Assembly (NCBI GenBank): GCA_964057225.1
Contig: OZ059894.1
Span: 17,236,001-17,300,000 of the forward strand
DNA length: 64,000 bases
Direction of reading: 5' to 3'
Source of the DNA: Auanema rhodensis
Lineage: Eukaryota; Animalia; Nematoda
A program made the translations under genes and the position numbers. The notes below the pieces were generated by a model. The model ran no database searches. It was not told the origin of the DNA and saw only the letters and a list, made by a program, of their open reading frames with translations. Each line of letters begins with the position of its first letter. Within the stretch, counting starts at the first letter, position 1. Below, piece after piece: positions 58,226-64,000 of this stretch.

Positions 58226-61200
58226 TCTGATATCTATAGGTGAATACTAAAGCTTAAAATTAATTGAATTTCAAGAGAACTTCTACTAAATACTAGAAAA
58301 AAGTACACTTCTCGAAAAAAAATGTTAAAACGTGGGCCGAGCCGGGGATCGATCCCGGGACCTCTCGCACCCTAAGCGAGAATCATACCACTAGACCACT
58401 CGGCCTGAAATATCCATTCACTACGATGAACCTTCTACGTTTCCATAATTATTTTTAACTGAATATTATTAATCTGATATCTATAGGTGAATACTAAAGC
58501 TTAAAATTAATTGAATTTCAAGAGAACTTTCACTAAATACTAAAAAAAAGTACACTTCTCGAAAAAAAATGTTAAAACGTGGGCCGAGCCGGGGATCGAT
58601 CCCGGGACCTCTCGCACCCTAAGCGAGAATCATACCACTAGACCACTCGGCCTGAAATATCCATTCACTAAGATGAACCTCCTACTTTTCCATATATATT
58701 TTTAACTGAATATTATTAATCTGATATCTATAGGTGAATACTAAAGCTTAAAATTAATTGAATTTCAAGAGAACTTCCACTAAATACTAAGAAAAAGTAC
58801 ACTTCTCGAAAAAAAATGTTAAAACGTGGGCCGAGCCGGGGATCGATCCCGGGACCTCTCGCACCCTAAGCGAGAATCATACCACTAGACCACTCGGCCT
58901 GAAATATCCATTCACTAAGATGAACCTCCTACTTTTCCATATATATTTTTAACTGAATATTATTAATCTGATATTTATAGGTGAACACTCAAGCTTAAAA
59001 TTAATTGAATTTCAAGAGAACTTAAACTAAATACGAAGAAGAAGTACACTTCTCGAAAAAAAATGTTAAAACGTGGGCCGAGCCGGGGATCGATCCCGGG
59101 ACCTCTCGCACCCTAAGCGACAATCATACCAATAGACCACTCGGCCTGTAATATCCATTCACTACGATGAAAATTCTACTTTTCCATATATATTTTTAAT
59201 TGAATATCATTAATCTGATATCTATAGGTGAATACTAAAGCTCAACATTAATTGAATTTCAAGAGAACTTAAACTAAATACGAAGAAGAAGTACACTTCT
59301 CGAAACAAAATGTTAAAACGTGGGCCGAGCCGGGGATCGATCCCGGGACCTCTCGCACCCTAAGCGAGAATCATACCACTAGACCACTCGGCCTGAAATA
59401 TCCATTCACTACGATGAACCTTCTACGTTTCCATAATTATTTTTAACTGAATATTATTAATCTGATATCTATAGGTGAATACTAAAGCTTAAAATTAATT
59501 GAATTTCAAGAGAACTTTCACTAAATACTAAAAAAAAGTACACTTCTCGAAAAAAAATGTTAAAACGTGGGCCGAGCCGGGGATCGATCCCGGGACCTCT
59601 CGCACCCTAAGCGAGAATCATACCACTAGACCACTGGGCCTGAAATATCCATTCACTACGATGAACCTTCTACGTTTCCATAATTATTTTTAACTACATA
59701 TTATTAATCTGATATCTAGAGGTGAATACTAAAGCTTAAAATTAATTGAATTTCAAGAGAACTTCCACTAAATACTAAGAAGAAGTACACTTCTCGAAAA
59801 AAAATGTTAAAACGTGGGCCGAGCCGGGGATCGATCCCGGGACCTCTCGCACCCTAAGCGAGAATCATACCACTAGACCACTCGGCCTGAAATATCCATT
59901 CACTACGATGAACCTTCTACGTTTCCATAATTATTTTTAACTGAATATTATTAATCTGATATCTATAGGTGAATACTAAAGCTTAAAATTAATTGAATTT
60001 CAAGAGAACTTTCACTAAATACTAAAAAAAAGTACACTTCTCGAAAAAAAATGTTAAAACGTGGGCCGAGCCGGGGATCGATCCCGGGACCTCTCGCACC
60101 CTAAGCGAGAATTATACCACTAGACCACTCGGCCTAAAATATCCATTCACTACGATGAACCTTCTACGTTTCCATAATTATTTTTAACTGAATATTATTA
60201 ATCTGATATCTATAGGTGAATACTAAAGCTTAAAATTAATTGAATTTCAAGAGAACTTCCACTAAATACTAAGAAGAAGTACACTTCTCGAAAAAAAATG
60301 TTAAAACGTGGGCCGAGCCGGGGATCGATCCCGGGACCTCTCGCACCCTAAGCGAGAATCATACCACTAGACCACTCGGCCTGAAATATCCATTCACTAC
60401 GATGAACCTTCTACGTTTCCATAATTATTTTTAACTGAATATTATTAATCTGATATCTATAGGTGAATACTAAAGCTTAAAATTAATTGAATTTCAAGAG
60501 AACTTTCACTAAATACTAAAAAAAAGTACACTTCTCGAAAAAAAATGTTAAAACGTGGGCCGAGCCGGGGATCGATCCCGGGACCTCTCGCACCCTAAGC
60601 GAGAATCATACCACTAGACCACTCGGCCTGAAATATCCATTCACTACGATGAACCTTCTACGTTTCCATAATTATTTTTAACTGAATATTATTAATCTGA
60701 TATCTATAGGTGAATACTAAAGCTTAAAATTAATTGAATTTCAAGAGAACTTCCACTAAATACTAAGAAGAAGTACACTTCTCGAAAAAAAATGTTAAAA
60801 CGTGGGCCGAGCCGGGGATCGATCCCGGGACCTCTCGCACCCTAAGCGAGAATCATACCACTAGACCACTCGGCCTGAAATATCTATTCACTACGATGAA
60901 CCTTCTACGTTTCCATAATTATTTTTAACTGAATATTATTAATCTGATATCTATAGGTGAATACTAAAGCTTAAAATTAATTGAATTTCAAGAGAACTTC
61001 CACTAAATACTAAGAAAAAGTACACTTCTCGAAAAAAAATGTTAAAACGTGGGCCGAGCCGGGGATCGATCCCGGGACCTCTCGCACCCTAAGCGAGAAT
61101 CATACCACTAGACCACTCGGCCTGAAATATCCATTCACTAAGATGAACCTCCTACTTTTCCATATATATTTTTAACTGAATATTATTAATCTGATATCTA

Positions 61201-64000
61201 TAGGTGAATACTAAAGCTTAAAATTAATTGAATTTCAAGAGAACTTCCACTAAATACTAAGAAAAAGTACACTTCTCGAAAAAAAATGTTAAAACGTGGG
61301 CCGAGCCGGGGATCGATCCCGGGACCTCTCGCACCCTAAGCGAGAATCATACCACTAGACCACTCGGCCTGAAATATCCATTCACTAAGATGAACCTCCT
61401 ACTTTTCCATATATATTTTTAACTGAATATTATTAATCTGATATTTATAGGTGAACACTCAAGCTTAAAATTAATTGAATTTCAAGAGAACTTAAACTAA
61501 ATACGAAGAAGAAGTACACTTCTCGAAAAAAAATGTTAAAACGTGGGCCGAGCCGGGGATCGATCCCGGGACCTCTCGCACCCTAAGCGACAATCATACC
61601 AATAGACCACTCGGCCTGAAATATCCATTCACTACGATGAAAATTCTACTTTTCCATATATATTTTTAATTGAATATCATTAATCTGATATCTATAGGTG
61701 AATACTAAAGCTCAACATTAATTGAATTTCAAGAGAACTTAAACTAAATACGAAGAAGAAGTACACTTCTCGAAACAAAATGTTAAAACGTGGGCCGAGC
61801 CGGGGATCGATCCCGGGACCTCTCGCACCCTAAGCGAGAATCATACCACTAGACCACTCGGCCTGAAATATCCATTCACTACGATGAACCTTCTACGTTT
61901 CCATAATTATTTTTAACTGAATATTATTAATCTGATATCTATAGGTGAATACTAAAGCTTAAAATTAATTGAATTTCAAGAGAACTTCCACTAAATACTA
62001 AGAAGAAGTACACTTCTCGAAAAAAAATGTTAAAACGTGGGCCGAGCCGGGGATCGATCCCGGGACCTCTCGCACCCTAAGCGAGAATCATACCACTAGA
62101 CCACTCGGCCTGAAATATCCATTCACTACGATGAACCTTCTACGTTTCCATAATTATTTTTAACTACATATTATTAATCTGATATCTATAGGTGAATACT
62201 AAAGCTTAAAATTAATTGAATTTCAAGAGAACTTTCACTAAATACTAAAAAAAAGTACACTTCTCGAAAAAAAATGTTTAACGTGGGCCGAGCCGGGGAT
62301 CGATCCCGGGACCTCTCGCACCCTAAGCGAGAATCATACCACTAGACCACTCGGCCTGAAATATCCATTCACTACGATGAACCTTCTACGTTTCCATAAT
62401 TATTTTTAACTACATATTATTAATCTGATATCTATAGGTGAATACTAAAGCTTAAAATTAATTGAATTTCAAGAGAACTTTCACTAAATACTAAAAAAAA
62501 GTACACTTCTCGAAAAAAAATGTTAAAACGTGGGCCGAGCCGGGGATCGATCCCGGGACCTCTCGCACCCTAAGCGAGAATTATACCACTAGACCACTCG
62601 GCCTGAAATATCCATTCACTACGATGAACCTTCTACGTTTCCATAATTATTTTTAACTGAATATTATTAATCTGATATCTATAGGTGAATACTAAAGCTT
62701 AAAATTAATTGAATTTCAAGAGAACTTCCACTAAATACTAAGAAGAAGTACACTTCTCGAAAAAAAATGTTAAAACGTGGGCCGAGCCGGGGATCGATCC
62801 CGGGACCTCTCGCACCCTAAGCGAGAATCATACCACTAGACCACTCGGCCTGAAATATCCATTCACTACGATGAACCTTCTACGTTTCCATAATTATTTT
62901 TAACTGAATATTATTAATCTGATATCTATAGGTGAATACTAAAGCTTAAAATTAATTGAATTTCAAGAGAACTTTCACTAAATACTAAAAAAAAGTACAC
63001 TTCTCGAAAAAAAATGTTAAAACGTGGGCCGAGCCGGGGATCGATCCCGGGACCTCTCGCACCCTAAGCGAGAATCATACCACTAGACCACTCGGCCTGA
63101 AATATCCATTCACTACGATGAACCTCCTACTTTTCCATATATATTTTTAATTGAATATCATTAATCTGATATCTATAGGTGAATACTAAAGCTCAACATT
63201 AATTGAATTTCAAGAGAACTTAAACTAAATACGAAGAAGAAGTACACTTCTCGAAACAAAATGTTCAAACGTGGGCCGAGCCGGGGATCGATCCCGGAAC
63301 CTCTCGCACCCTAAGCGAGAATCATACCACTAGACCACTCGGCCTGAAATATCCATTCACTACGATGAACCTTCTACGTTTCCATAATTATTTTTAACTG
63401 AATATTATTAATCTGATATCTATAGGTGAATACTAAAGCTTAAAATTAATTGAATTTCAAGAGAACTTTCACTAAATACTAAAAAAAAGTACACTTCTCG
63501 AAAAAAAATGTTAAAACGTGGGCCGAGCCGGGGATCGATCCCGGGACCTCTCGCACCCTAAGCGAGAATCATACCACTAGACCACTCGGCCTGAAATATC
63601 CATTCTTTACGATGAACCTTCTACGTTTCCATAATTTTTTTTAACTGAATATTATTAATCTGATATCTATAGGTGAATACTAAAGCTTAAAATTAATTGA
63701 ATTTCAAGAGAACTTCCACTAAATACTAAGAAGAAGTACACTTCTCGAAACAAAATGTTGAAACGTGGGCCGAGCCGGGGATCGATCCCGGGACCTCTCG
63801 CACCCTAAGCGAGATTCATACCACTAGACCACTCGGCCTGAGATATCCATTCACTACGATGAACCTTCTACGTTTCCATAATTTTTTTTAACTGAATATT
63901 ATTAATCTGATATCTATAGGTGAATACTAAAGCTTAAAATTAATTGAATTTCAAGAGAACTTCCACTAAATACTAAGAAGAAGTACACTTCTCGAAAAAA
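58226..64000 (-). repeat. tRNA-Pro(AGG) array, inverted segment (about 23 genes), running off the window end; 10-unit duplication
   Basis: Reverse-complement 247-bp units from 58334 to 63838; the agcgacaatcataccaat variant recurs at 2470 bp. Confidence 0.97.

Noticed and set aside
1-64000. CRISPR-like repeat-spacer appearance
   Set aside because: Spacers are near-identical, the repeat is a tRNA, the context is eukaryotic and there are no cas genes.

Overview
Eukaryotic, AT-rich, probably nematode DNA (judged from the GGCCGA..TCGGCCC type of tRNA-Pro; inference). About two-thirds of the window is a 247-bp tandem array carrying one tRNA-Pro(AGG) gene per unit (about 168 full-length copies by period count). 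The array is on the + strand up to 53816, then flips to the - strand at a clean inversion junction. Four different LTR retrotransposons are inserted in it: E1 2629-14378, E2 15795-18486, E3 35308-39091 and E4 54057-58225. All have identical or near-identical LTR pairs, 4-bp target-site duplications, a tRNA-Gln primer-binding site, non-canonical ...AACG right ends, a GAGG(A/T) hairpin before the 3' LTR, and insertion points between -71 and +5 of a tRNA gene. The most striking item is E1, a Ty3/gypsy element whose herpesvirus gB-like envelope glycoprotein lies BETWEEN gag and pol and is fused in frame to PR-RT-RH-IN in one 2262-aa ORF. The gag frame appears to have been continuous with it, implying a membrane-threaded Gag-Env-Pol polyprotein. 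E2-E4 are non-autonomous relatives: one with an integrase remnant, one with an integrase ORF only, and one with unknown cargo ORFs. All protein homology calls are by eye; no searches were run.
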